From NCBI GenBank assembly GCA_036390995.1, contig DASWAT010000193.1:314-64313 (forward strand): 64,000 nucleotides of DNA, given 5' to 3'. The notes beneath the pieces are model-generated. The model searched no databases. It was not told where the DNA came from and saw nothing but the letters and a program-made list of their open reading frames with translations. The translations under genes were made by a program, and so were the position numbers. This document shows, piece by piece, positions 1-9,486 of the stretch; position 1 is the first letter of the stretch; the number at the start of each line of letters is the position of its first letter. This stretch comes from Actinomycetota bacterium (GTDB lineage Bacteria; Actinomycetota; UBA4738; HRBIN12).

Positions 1-1053
1 CTGGTCGACTTCCTCAATCGGACCGACCGCCGCCGCGAGCCCCGGCGCCTGCGGCGGGTCATGAACCACCACATCGGCAAGGGGGGCCACCTCTCCGCTC
101 AGCCGATGGGCGCCCTCAAGGACTTCGTCGCTCGCGACCCGCGGACCGAGCGGCCGGCGGTGGTCAACTTCCCCGTGCTGCCGGGCAACCCGTACCGCGT
201 GGACGTCCCGGCGACGCTCGAGCTGATCGAGGAGTACCGGCCCGAGCTGATCGTGTTCGGCAAGAGCATGATCCTCCACAAGGAGCCCGTGACCGAGGTC
301 CGCCGGTTCGTCGACGAACGAGGCATCCCCGCGGTGGTCATGTACGACATGGCGCACGTGCTCGGGCTGATCGGGCCCCACTTCCAGGAACCGTTCGAGG
401 AGGGCGCCGACCTGGTCACCGGCTCGACCCACAAGACCTACTTCGGGACCCAGCGCGGGGTCGTCGGCAGCCGGTACCGTGAGGAGGACGAGGGGTACGA
501 GCTGTGGGAGTCGATCCGCAGCCGGACGTTCCCCGGGTCGGTCTCGAACCATCACCTCGGGACCCTGCTCGGCCTGCTCATGGCCGCGTACGAGATGAAC
601 CACTTCAAGGGCGAGTACCAGCCGCAGGTGATCGCCAACGCGAAGGCGTTCGCCCGGGCGCTGCACGACGCCGGCCTCGACGTGGCCGGAGACCCCGCCA
701 TCGACTTCACGGAGACCCACCAGGTGGTGGTCCGCGTCGGCTACGCACGCGGCTCCGAGATCGCGCGCCGCCTCGAGGCGAACAACGTCATCTGCAACTA
801 CCAAGCGGTTCCGGGCGACGAGGGCTTCACCGCCGCTGGCGGCCTCCGGTTGGGTGTTGCCGAGATGACCAGGTTCGGCATGGAGGAAGAGGACTTCCGT
901 GAGCTCGCCGCCTTGATGAAGGACGTGATCGTGGACGGCGCCGACGTGGCGGAGAAGGTCGAGGCCTTCCGCCGTCGCTTCACGCAGATGCGGTTCTGCT
1001 TCGCCCGCGACGAGTTCGCCGACCTGATCGACAGGCTCTCCGCGTTCGTCTAG
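1..1053 (+). CDS. glyA: Serine hydroxymethyltransferase (fold-type I PLP enzyme), 5' end outside the window
   Basis: Frame is open from base 1. GSTHKTYFGTQRG PLP-lysine motif, FPGSVSNHH, GLRLG and TRFGM are SHMT hallmarks. Confidence 0.88.
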   Translation: MVDFLNRTDRRREPRRLRRVMNHHIGKGGHLSAQPMGALKDFVARDPRTERPAVVNFPVLPGNPYRVDVPATLELIEEYRPELIVFGKSMILHKEPVTEVRRFVDERGIPAVVMYDMAHVLGLIGPHFQEPFEEGADLVTGSTHKTYFGTQRGVVGSRYREEDEGYELWESIRSRTFPGSVSNHHLGTLLGLLMAAYEMNHFKGEYQPQVIANAKAFARALHDAGLDVAGDPAIDFTETHQVVVRVGYARGSEIARRLEANNVICNYQAVPGDEGFTAAGGLRLGVAEMTRFGMEEEDFRELAALMKDVIVDGADVAEKVEAFRRRFTQMRFCFARDEFADLIDRLSAFV

Positions 1054-1140
1054 CCCGCTCCGCCACCCGGAGGTGGCCGACCTCCCATCACGGCCGTGTG
1101 TAACTCTCTGCGCCCTCACCCGGACGCTCCTCCACCCGGG

Positions 1141-2634
1141 TCACCTCGCGCCCGGGAACCCGAGATCGACCTTGCTGGTCGAGGGATCCGGCCACCGGAC
1201 GGTAACCGCCTTCTCGTTGGTCCAGAACCGGATGCCTTCCGGGCCGTACATCTTCGCGGAGCCGAACAGCGAGCCCTTCCACCCGCCGAACGAGTAGAAG
1301 GCCAGCGGCACCGGGATCGGCACGTTGATCCCAACCATGCCCGTCGGGACGTCGAACTGGAACCGCCGTGCCGCCCCGCCGTCGTGGGTGAAGATCGCCG
1401 CGCCGTTGCCCCACGGGTTCCGTTCGATCAGTCCCAGCGCCTCCTCGTAGGTCTCGGCGCGAACGACGGTCATGACTGGACCGAAGATCTCGTCCTTGTA
1501 GCAGTCCATGTCGGTGGTGACGTGGTCGATCACCGAGGGTCCGACGAAGAACCCGGTACCCCACAAGGGGTGCTCTCGGCCGTCGACCAGGACCGACGCT
1601 CCTTGTTCCCGAGCGCCGTCGAGGTACGACACGACCTTGTCACGGTGCTCCCGGGTTACGAGCGGCCCCATCTCGGACTCGGGATCCATGCCGGGACCGA
1701 CCCGGAGCGTTGCGGTGCGCTCGAGGATCGCCTCCATCAACGGGTCGGCGACGTCGCCGACCGGCACCACGGTGGCGATGGCCATGCACCGCTCCCCCGA
1801 CGAGCCGTACACGGAGGAGACGGCCGCGTCGGCCGCCATGCCGACGTCGGCATCGGGCAGCACCACCATGTGGTTCTTCGCCCCGGCGAGGGCCTGCACG
1901 CGCTTCCCGTTCGCCGCGCCCGTCGCGTAGACGTACCTCGCGATCGGCGTCGAGCCCACGAAGCTCACGGCCTTCACGTCGGGATGGTCGAGGATCCGGT
2001 CGACGACCACCTTGTCGCCCTGCACGACCTGGAACACACCGTCGGGCAGCCCCGCCTCCCGGAAGATCTCCGCGAGCACCAGGGAGGCGCCCGGGTCCTT
2101 CTCCGACGGCTTCAGGATGAAGCAGTTGCCGCAGGCGATCGCGCCGGCGCACATCCACATCGGGACCATGGCCGGGAAGTTGAACGGCGTGATCCCTGCC
2201 ACCACGCCGAGCGGTTGCCGGATCGAGTACAGGTCGAAGCCCGTCGTGATCTGCTCGCTGTAGTCGCCCTTCATGAGGTGAGGGACGCCTGCCGCGAACT
2301 CCGTGAGCTCCACTCCGCGCTCCACCTCGGCGGTGGCGTCGAACAGGCACTTGCCGTGCTGGAGCGTGATCGCCCGCGCCACCTCGACCTTGCGCCCGTC
2401 CAGGGCCGCACGGATCTGGAACATGATCGCGGCGCGTCTCGACAGCGAGGTGGCGCGCCACTCGGGGAAGACCTCCTTCGCGACGTCGACCGCCCGATCG
2501 AACTCCGCCACGGTGGCGAAGTCGACCTCGTGGGTCTGGTGCCCCGTCGCCGGGTCGCACACGGGCCCGGTCCGGCCGGACTCCCCGGGCACGACCTTGC
2601 CGCCGATCCAATGGCTGATCCGTTCCACCGCCAT
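1141..2634 (-). CDS. mmsA: CoA-acylating methylmalonate/malonate-semialdehyde dehydrogenase
   Basis: ITPFNFPAMVP, LKPSEKDP, SFVGST, AKNHMVV, GERCMA, EIFGPV and GINVPIPVP motifs. ATG at 2634 with GGAAGG upstream. Confidence 0.93.
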   Translation of the reverse strand: MAVERISHWIGGKVVPGESGRTGPVCDPATGHQTHEVDFATVAEFDRAVDVAKEVFPEWRATSLSRRAAIMFQIRAALDGRKVEVARAITLQHGKCLFDATAEVERGVELTEFAAGVPHLMKGDYSEQITTGFDLYSIRQPLGVVAGITPFNFPAMVPMWMCAGAIACGNCFILKPSEKDPGASLVLAEIFREAGLPDGVFQVVQGDKVVVDRILDHPDVKAVSFVGSTPIARYVYATGAANGKRVQALAGAKNHMVVLPDADVGMAADAAVSSVYGSSGERCMAIATVVPVGDVADPLMEAILERTATLRVGPGMDPESEMGPLVTREHRDKVVSYLDGAREQGASVLVDGREHPLWGTGFFVGPSVIDHVTTDMDCYKDEIFGPVMTVVRAETYEEALGLIERNPWGNGAAIFTHDGGAARRFQFDVPTGMVGINVPIPVPLAFYSFGGWKGSLFGSAKMYGPEGIRFWTNEKAVTVRWPDPSTSKVDLGFPGAR

Positions 2635-2750
2635 CCACCCCTTCCGATGCGCACGCACTCCGCACCACTAAGCCATCCGGCGGCGTTCGGGACTAGGGAC
2701 TTCGGACCTCCCCGGGCGGGACCGCGATACCTTCTGGTCGAACTCCTCCG

Positions 2751-4208
2751 TCACCCCCGCAGGACGGCGTCCTGCTGGAGGTCGCGGAACATCGACCGTG
2801 CAGCGGCGCCGAGCTTGATAACGCTCTGGCCGCCGATCATGCCCCCAGACCCGGGAACGACGTCGTTGCGTACGTGGGCGGCGTCGATCGAGGGCACCGC
2901 CAGGAGGAGCTCGGTCATCTGGGCCAGACTGAGGTTCGTCCGTAGGTAGCGGGCCCCCGCCACGACCCAACGCAGGAGGGTTGCGGGGTCCCTCTGGAGG
3001 TCGGCGCGCAATCCGCGCATCGCCGAGACGATGAGATGCCCCTGGTTCCAGGAACGTCCGACGTCGCCGCCCGGAGCGTCGTGGCGGTCGCGCGCGAAGG
3101 CCAGTGCGTTGCGGCCGTTCAGGCGCTTCGGCCCCCTCTGGAAGTACGCGTGGGAGGCGGGGTCGCTCATCGGATACGGGATCGTGGTTCGGATCCCGCC
3201 GATCGCGTTCACGATGCTGCTGAAGCCGTCGAACCCGGTCAAGACATAGGCGTCGATGCCGATGCCGGTCAGCTGCTCGACGGTCCGAACGGTGAGCTCG
3301 GGACCCCCGTAGACGAGGGCCGAGTTGATCTTCTGCGTCCCGGCCCCGGGGATCTGGACGTACGAGTCGCGAGGGATGCCCAGGATCGACGCGATGCCCT
3401 TGCGGGGGTTCACGCCCACGATATGCAAGGAGTCGGCACGCGCTGCACCCACGGATCGGCCGGGTCGCGCGTCGCTCCCGATCACCAGCACGAAGAGCAG
3501 GTCGTTCGACGGCAACGGCGGAGAGAGGGACGCGCGCCGCACCTTCCGCTCGATCTCCCCCACCGAGGGCATCCGGCTGCGGACGTGGAAGGAAACGATC
3601 CTCCACCGTCCGGCGATCCGGCGCAGGACGTAGTCGCCGTCCTGGCTGAGCTCGGCACGGACCCCTTCGGCGTCGGTCAGCGCCACGCCGGCGAACGTCA
3701 TCTTCGCCACCGCGGTCACGGGATGCCCACCACGATCGAGCAGGAACCGCACGCCCAGCCGAGCCCGCCGCGGCCGCACCGCGGACAACCGCGTCGCGAG
3801 CTTGCCGAGCGTCAACTCCTGGAGATCCCGGCGGACGCCCTCGCGAACATCCCGGGCGAAGAGACGGTAGAGGGCGGAGAACCGGCCCTCGTCCCACCGG
3901 TCGGGATCGACGAACCCGATCGAGTAGAGCCGGGTCATGGTTCGCCGGATCGCGGCCGCCGGCGTGCGGAGCCGGCGTGGGCGAACGGGCCCCTGCACGC
4001 GATCACCCTGCACACGGTGCAGATCCACCGTGAGTCGGAACCGACGTGCTGTGGAGGCAGGCGACGTGGCCGACGAGGATCCCAGCGAGGACGGCTGCCC
4101 CGCGGAGCCCGATCCATCACGAAGGACGAGCCAAGCGCCGCCGGCAACCAGCAGAGCGGCTACGAAGGCCGATCCGCCGAGCAGCCATCCGCGCCGGCCG
4201 TTCCTCAC
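2751..4208 (-). CDS. LytR-CpsA-Psr (LCP) family glycopolymer transferase with N-terminal TM and an extra domain
   Basis: IGSDAR, RADSL, IPRDSYV, KINSAL, ALAFARDRH and DVGRSWNQ LCP motifs in the C-terminal half. Confidence 0.88.
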   Translation of the reverse strand: MRNGRRGWLLGGSAFVAALLVAGGAWLVLRDGSGSAGQPSSLGSSSATSPASTARRFRLTVDLHRVQGDRVQGPVRPRRLRTPAAAIRRTMTRLYSIGFVDPDRWDEGRFSALYRLFARDVREGVRRDLQELTLGKLATRLSAVRPRRARLGVRFLLDRGGHPVTAVAKMTFAGVALTDAEGVRAELSQDGDYVLRRIAGRWRIVSFHVRSRMPSVGEIERKVRRASLSPPLPSNDLLFVLVIGSDARPGRSVGAARADSLHIVGVNPRKGIASILGIPRDSYVQIPGAGTQKINSALVYGGPELTVRTVEQLTGIGIDAYVLTGFDGFSSIVNAIGGIRTTIPYPMSDPASHAYFQRGPKRLNGRNALAFARDRHDAPGGDVGRSWNQGHLIVSAMRGLRADLQRDPATLLRWVVAGARYLRTNLSLAQMTELLLAVPSIDAAHVRNDVVPGSGGMIGGQSVIKLGAAARSMFRDLQQDAVLRG

Positions 4209-4336
4209 GCGCTCACCGTGGCATGGAATCGCACCCGCCCAAGGCTACCCGCCGCCGCTCGCGGCAAACGGCCCATCCGACTCCCCGGAGCCGGGCCGGC
4301 CGGCCGTCCCCCGGAGTCGTGTGGGCGAGATGCAGG

Positions 4337-5086
4337 TCAGCAACCCGGATCGACCCAATCGGGTCCGGGGCCTCCGGGGACGCCCGAGCGGCGCGCGAGG
4401 CGCCGTAGTTTGCGGCGGAAGGCCTGCATGTCCCCATGCTGCCAGTCCGCGTGGGTCAGGCACCGCCACGAGTCGTACCGCTCGTGGTGGTAGGGGCTGC
4501 GCAGGATCTCCGCATGGCCGATGACGTTGCCGGCGCCGATCCCGAACCGCGCCATCAGCCACAGGGTCAACCGTAGCGCCGCCCGCAGCTCGACCCGGTT
4601 CCGGAGTATCTGCCGGTCGCTCGTCCCCACCATCTCGATCCCGATCGCCGTCCAGTTCATCCCGATGGCGTGCCGGCACCGGGCCCCCAGGTTCACGAGC
4701 TGGAAGACGGTGCCGTCGGCGTCGACGAGGAAATGCGAGCAGACGCCGGGCATCTCGTTCAGATGCCGGACGTTCGCGGCGAAATAGTTCCAGGCGCTCT
4801 GGGCCGAGGTCCCGTCCGTGTAGTGCTCCACGATGACCTGTGGGTCGACCAGGCGCCATGTGCGCCGGCCGTAGTGACGTTTCGAGTAGGCGGCCATCTG
4901 ATGCTTGCGCTTCGCGCCGAACGGGATCTTCTTCCAGATCACGGCGGGCTTCAGCGTCGAGGGCTCGACACGGTTGGCGATCGCGGTCCGGTTCGCCGCA
5001 GGGAAGGCGCGAACCTCGGGTCCCGCCATCACGAGCACCATGAGCGTGCCCATCGCGAGAGCCCGACACCCGCGGGGTGCGGTCAA
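4337..5086 (-). CDS. Secreted N-acetylmuramoyl-L-alanine amidase (Amidase_2); start uncertain (TTG 5086 or ATG 5053)
   Basis: IVEHYT, SHFLVDADG, RHAIGMN, IGIEMVG and VIGHAE zinc-amidase motifs; hydrophobic N-terminus. Confidence 0.82.
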   Translation of the reverse strand: MTAPRGCRALAMGTLMVLVMAGPEVRAFPAANRTAIANRVEPSTLKPAVIWKKIPFGAKRKHQMAAYSKRHYGRRTWRLVDPQVIVEHYTDGTSAQSAWNYFAANVRHLNEMPGVCSHFLVDADGTVFQLVNLGARCRHAIGMNWTAIGIEMVGTSDRQILRNRVELRAALRLTLWLMARFGIGAGNVIGHAEILRSPYHHERYDSWRCLTHADWQHGDMQAFRRKLRRLARRSGVPGGPGPDWVDPGC

Positions 5087-5159
5087 AGCTCGTTCACCGC
5101 CGGATCGTAATCCCGTTCGGGTCGCCTCGGAACGTGCCGAGGCGACGCCGCGAACGCAC

Positions 5160-5336
5160 ATCCAAGGCCTCGGACGACTGGTCATGGACGCCGTCGTCTC
5201 CTACCTGGAGCGAACCGCACCCCCCGGGGCCTTCGTCGGGCTCATGGCAGCCAGGGACGTGGCCCCTTCTGCGAACGCTACGGGTTCGCCTGGCGGCTCG
5301 ACGCACAGCCGGGGATGTTCCGGATCTGGTGGCAGC
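5160..5336 (+). pseudogene. 5'-truncated, frameshifted GNAT acetyltransferase remnant
   Basis: QGLGRLVMDAVVSYLERTAPPGAFVGLMAARDVAP continues after a 1-nt shift in the C-run at 5263-5266 as FCERYGFAWRLDAQPGMFRIW, resembling GNAT motifs A and B. Confidence 0.62.
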
Positions 5337-6161
5337 TCAGGCCATCGCTGGGGAATCCGACGACGCCGGGGACCCCGACGACCTCGAAGGCGCCGCCCGT
5401 TGGAGACGACGAGCCACGACGAACCCCGCGATCACCAGGCCGATACACAGGTACTGCGCACCGGTCAGACCGAGGACCGTTCTGTCGTAGGCGCGAAGGA
5501 AGTCCGTGAGGAACCGCTGGACCCCGTACCAGAGCAGGAACGTGACGGTGAGCCAACCCGGTCGGATACCTTTGCGGCGCAACCAGAACATCAACCCGAT
5601 CAGCGGCAGGAGCAGGAGGAGTTCGTACAGCGCGGTGTTGTGGATGTGGGCGCCGATGGGGATGGGACCCTCCCTCGTGATGCCGCCGAGGTAGTGGACC
5701 GCCAGCGGGAACGAGGTCGTCCCGCCGAGGTGCTCTCCCACCGAGTAGCAGCCGATCCGGCCGATCGCGAGACCCGGCGCGAGCCCCAGCACGACGCCAT
5801 CGGCCAGGACGAGCCCCGGCACCTCGGGAGGGCGCCGGAGCCACCACACGACGACGGCGACCGCGGCGATGAACCCGCCCGAGAACTCCAGCCCTCCCTC
5901 CCAGACCGCGACCACGGCCCACGGCCGCGAGACGTAGTCGCCCAGGTGCGCGGCCACGAACAGGAGTCGGGCGCCGACGAACCCGAGGATCAGGATCCAC
6001 CACGCGAGCGTGCCCAACCGCTCCGGGTCCAGGCCGTTCCGACGGCCGTGACGGATGAAGACGAGCGAACCCACCAGCATGGCGAGACCCACGAACATCC
6101 CGAACGTGTGGAGCGTGACGGGACCGACCTGGACCGTGGGGAAGGTTCGATACGGGATCAT
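5337..6161 (-). CDS. lgt: Prolipoprotein diacylglyceryl transferase (GRIGC variant)
   Basis: GARLLFV, WEGGLEFSGG, GLAIGRIGC, HNTALYE and RFLTDFLR motifs; multiple TMs; ATG at 6161. Confidence 0.85.
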   Translation of the reverse strand: MIPYRTFPTVQVGPVTLHTFGMFVGLAMLVGSLVFIRHGRRNGLDPERLGTLAWWILILGFVGARLLFVAAHLGDYVSRPWAVVAVWEGGLEFSGGFIAAVAVVVWWLRRPPEVPGLVLADGVVLGLAPGLAIGRIGCYSVGEHLGGTTSFPLAVHYLGGITREGPIPIGAHIHNTALYELLLLLPLIGLMFWLRRKGIRPGWLTVTFLLWYGVQRFLTDFLRAYDRTVLGLTGAQYLCIGLVIAGFVVARRLQRAAPSRSSGSPASSDSPAMA

Positions 6162-6305
6162 GGGCGGGCTGCGCGATGGGTCACGTCCACATGCTACGCG
6201 GGTCCCCCCGATCGGCCGGGACCCGATAGGATGCCGAGGTGCCGCTTCGGAGCAACGACGCGGACGGCGGCACGGCACGATGCCCGCGCACGAACGAGGG
6301 TCCTG

Positions 6306-8351
6306 ATGAGCCACTGCCCAAAGCCCCGCTCGACCTCCCCACGGACGTCCCGGGTCCTCCTGCTCGTCGCCGTCCTGCCCCTGGTGGCCACGCTCCTCCC
6401 GAGCCCCGCAGGAGCCACGACCGGCGGAGGACAGTTCGTGATCCGCTGTCGGTACTCACACTCGCTGATGGACGATCCGATCGTGTTCCCCGGGCAGCCC
6501 GGAGCTTCCCACCTCCACGACTTCTACGGGAACAAGAGCGTCGACGCGTATTCGACCACGGCCTCCATGCTGGCGGGGACCACCACCTGTCGCGTTCCGA
6601 GCGACACGGCGGGCTACTGGGCGCCCGCGCCGTACCTCAACGGCACTCGCATCCTCCCGCCGGTGACCCGGGTCTACTACATCGGCAGCGCGAACCAGGA
6701 CGTCGAGACCTTCCCGCCCGGGCTGAAGATGATCGGCGGCAACAAGGCCGCGACCTCGCCGGCCGAGAACCCGCACGTCAGCTGGTACTGCGGGGAAGTC
6801 ACGAACATCAAGACCCCCCGCAAGGACACGCCGTACGACTGCACCCCGTACGCCGACTACTCCTTCGTCGACGGCGTCATCGAGGTCATCGACATGCCCA
6901 ACTGCTGGAACGGTATCGGCCTCGAGCCCTCAGACGTCGTGTACCCCGAGGGTGGGGCGTGCCCGTCGGAGTTCCCGCACGTGCTCCCGAAGATGTCGCA
7001 GCGGGTGCACACGCATGTCATGAACCCCCTCAACCCCGATGGAACGGTGGCCCTGTCGCTATCGAGCGGACCGTTCTGGACGCTGCACGCCGACTTCTGG
7101 AACACGTGGCAGCAGCCCAGGCTGGACCAGCTCGTGAGCGAGTGCATCGTGGCGGGCGTCCACTGCGGCGCCGTGGGCCCGGCCCCCAAGCCCTCCTGGA
7201 CGCGTGAGTTCGGCACCCGTCGGTACGACCTGACGCTCGGCCTGGCCGACGGTCCCGGCGGCGTCTACGCCGTGGGCACCACGAACCTCACCTTGCCGGG
7301 GCAGAAGCGGTACCACCGCACGGATGCCTTCGTCCGCGTCTACGGGGCCGGTGGCGAGGAACGATGGACACGACAGTTCGGCACGTCCGGCATCGACCGG
7401 GCCCTCGGCGTCGCGGTGGACCACACGGGCGTCTACGTGGTGGGGAGCACGGACGGCGTGTTCGAGGGACAACATCGTGGCGGCGGCGCGGATGCGTTCC
7501 TCCGTCGATACGACCTCCAGGGCAACGAGCTCTGGACCCGGCAGTTCGGCGGATCCGGAGATGACGAAGCGGCCGCCGTGAGCGTCCACCGCCGAGCCAT
7601 CTACGTGGCGGGGAGCTGGGGCGGCCTGCCCGGCACGGCCGGGGTCGGCTCCGACGGCTTCGTCCGCCGGTACCTCCCGAGCGGCAAGCTGACATGGAAG
7701 GGATCCATCCACACGGATGGGATCGACCGGATCCTTGCCGTCGCGGCCGAGGGATCTCGTGTGTACGTCGGCGGGAGCACCGACGCGGCGGTCGCATCGA
7801 CGAACGCCGGCGGCTCCGACGCCTTCGTCAAAGCATTCTCGACGAACGGAGGTTCGCTCTGGGCCCGCCAGATGGGGACCCCGGGTGACGAAGGGATCAC
7901 GGGGGTGCTCGTGCGGTCCGGAAGCATCTTCGCCGCCGGCTCCACGACGGGCGCACTCGGCGGCCCGATCGGAGGGGAAGAGGATGGGTTCCTCCTCCGA
8001 CTCGACGGCGGCGGCCAGCTTCGCTGGCTCCGCCAGTTCGGAACTGCCGGCGCCGACGAGGTCCACGGGATGGACGCGACGTCCACCGGTCTCCTCGTGG
8101 CCGGGGCGACGACCGGGGCGTTCCTGGACCAGGTGCTGCTGGGTGAGACCGATGCCTTCCTGACGAAGTACGACGTGAAGGGGGCGCAGCTGTGGACGTC
8201 CCAGCTCGGCACCGACGACTTCGACGCGGGCCTGGCCCTCACCGCGAACGACCGCGCCGCGTACGTGGGCGGGGAAACGCACGGAGCGTTCCCCGGTCAG
8301 GTGAACGAGGGTGACCGGGACGCCTTCGTGACGAAGGTCACCTTCCGGTAG
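6306..8351 (+). CDS. Secreted DUF1996 domain protein fused to SBBP-type beta-propeller repeats
   Basis: Signal peptide; DDPIVFPGQPGASHLHDFYGN, DTAGYWAP, FPPGLKMIGG and HADFWNTW (DUF1996); then repeated WTRQFGT..D / GVYVVGST / DAFVR units. Confidence 0.85.
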   Translation: MSHCPKPRSTSPRTSRVLLLVAVLPLVATLLPSPAGATTGGGQFVIRCRYSHSLMDDPIVFPGQPGASHLHDFYGNKSVDAYSTTASMLAGTTTCRVPSDTAGYWAPAPYLNGTRILPPVTRVYYIGSANQDVETFPPGLKMIGGNKAATSPAENPHVSWYCGEVTNIKTPRKDTPYDCTPYADYSFVDGVIEVIDMPNCWNGIGLEPSDVVYPEGGACPSEFPHVLPKMSQRVHTHVMNPLNPDGTVALSLSSGPFWTLHADFWNTWQQPRLDQLVSECIVAGVHCGAVGPAPKPSWTREFGTRRYDLTLGLADGPGGVYAVGTTNLTLPGQKRYHRTDAFVRVYGAGGEERWTRQFGTSGIDRALGVAVDHTGVYVVGSTDGVFEGQHRGGGADAFLRRYDLQGNELWTRQFGGSGDDEAAAVSVHRRAIYVAGSWGGLPGTAGVGSDGFVRRYLPSGKLTWKGSIHTDGIDRILAVAAEGSRVYVGGSTDAAVASTNAGGSDAFVKAFSTNGGSLWARQMGTPGDEGITGVLVRSGSIFAAGSTTGALGGPIGGEEDGFLLRLDGGGQLRWLRQFGTAGADEVHGMDATSTGLLVAGATTGAFLDQVLLGETDAFLTKYDVKGAQLWTSQLGTDDFDAGLALTANDRAAYVGGETHGAFPGQVNEGDRDAFVTKVTFR

Positions 8352-8365
8352 GCTCCGTTACCGCG

Positions 8366-9415
8366 ATGTCCACCCGAAGCCGCTTCCCGCTTGTCGCAGC
8401 GATCGTTGTCTTGACCGTGATCGCCCCCGCGCCTGCCGCCCCCGCGATGACCGTGTCCGGCGGCGCTGCCGTCCGGGTCTCCTCGCCGGCCTCGATCCAG
8501 ATCGCGGCGGCCGGCGACATCGCCTGCCAGTCCGGGCCGTACCCCCCGTCCGGGAGCAGCTCCTGCCAGTACCGGGCCACCTCCGATCTGCTGACCGACG
8601 GAGGCCTCTCGGCGGTCCTGGCACTTGGCGACGATCAATACGACGTCGGCGCCTACCGCGCCTTCCTCCGGTACTTCGATCCCACCTGGGGGCGGGCGGC
8701 CGAGATCCTGCATCCTGTCCCCGGCAACCACGAGTTCGCCCAGGATCCGACTGCGAAACCCCGCGGCTACTTCCGGTACTTCGGAGGCGCGGTCAAGGGT
8801 CCGGACGGGCTCGGCTACTACAGCTTCGATCTCCCGGCGGGGTGCACGCCCGGACACGGAGTCTGCTGGCACGTGGTCGCCCTCTCCTCGGAGCTCTGCT
8901 TCGCCCCCGGTGGCTGTGGGCCGGCCGCCGACCCGGCGAACCCGGGGACCGGGAACCGCATGTACGCGTGGCTGCAGCAGGACCTCGCTGTTCACCCGAA
9001 CGCCAGCTATCCGTGCACGCTGGCCTTCTGGCATCATCCGCTCTTCTCGTTCTCGACGGGGAGCGGGGCGAGCTCTGCCGTTCGGCCACTGTGGGAGCTC
9101 CTCTACCGAGCCCACGCCGACGTGGTCTTGAACGGGCACTCGCACAACTACCAGCGGTGGCGGCCGCAGGACCCGCTGGGGAGACGGGACCACGAACGCG
9201 GGATCCGCGAGTTCATCGCCGGCACCGGCGGAGCCAGCCACTACGCGCTGCAGCCCGGAACCCACCCGGGGAACCTGGCGGCCGCGCAGGACGACGCGTT
9301 CGGGATCCTCCGTCTCTCCTTGCGCCGGAAGGGCTACGCGTGGACGTGGGTGCCTGCCGCCGGCCAGCCGTCGGTGTTCACCGACACGAAGACCGTCCCG
9401 GTCCGCTGCCACTGA
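8366..9415 (+). CDS. Secreted calcineurin-like metallophosphoesterase
   Basis: AAGDIAC, LGDDQY, PGNHEF, WHHP and GHSHNY motifs after a signal peptide. Confidence 0.9.
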   Translation: MSTRSRFPLVAAIVVLTVIAPAPAAPAMTVSGGAAVRVSSPASIQIAAAGDIACQSGPYPPSGSSSCQYRATSDLLTDGGLSAVLALGDDQYDVGAYRAFLRYFDPTWGRAAEILHPVPGNHEFAQDPTAKPRGYFRYFGGAVKGPDGLGYYSFDLPAGCTPGHGVCWHVVALSSELCFAPGGCGPAADPANPGTGNRMYAWLQQDLAVHPNASYPCTLAFWHHPLFSFSTGSGASSAVRPLWELLYRAHADVVLNGHSHNYQRWRPQDPLGRRDHERGIREFIAGTGGASHYALQPGTHPGNLAAAQDDAFGILRLSLRRKGYAWTWVPAAGQPSVFTDTKTVPVRCH

Positions 9416-9486
9416 GGGGCCGAGCTGTCACGCCTGGCTCACCGTGACCGGTCTCCGCGAAACGTCTGGAGACTCCGCCCGACCGA

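Noticed and set aside
4905-6305. N-terminal 467 codons of the 1148-aa ORF
   Set aside because: Antisense shadow of lgt and the amidase; protein-like sequence begins at ATG 6306 (apart from the short GNAT relic).
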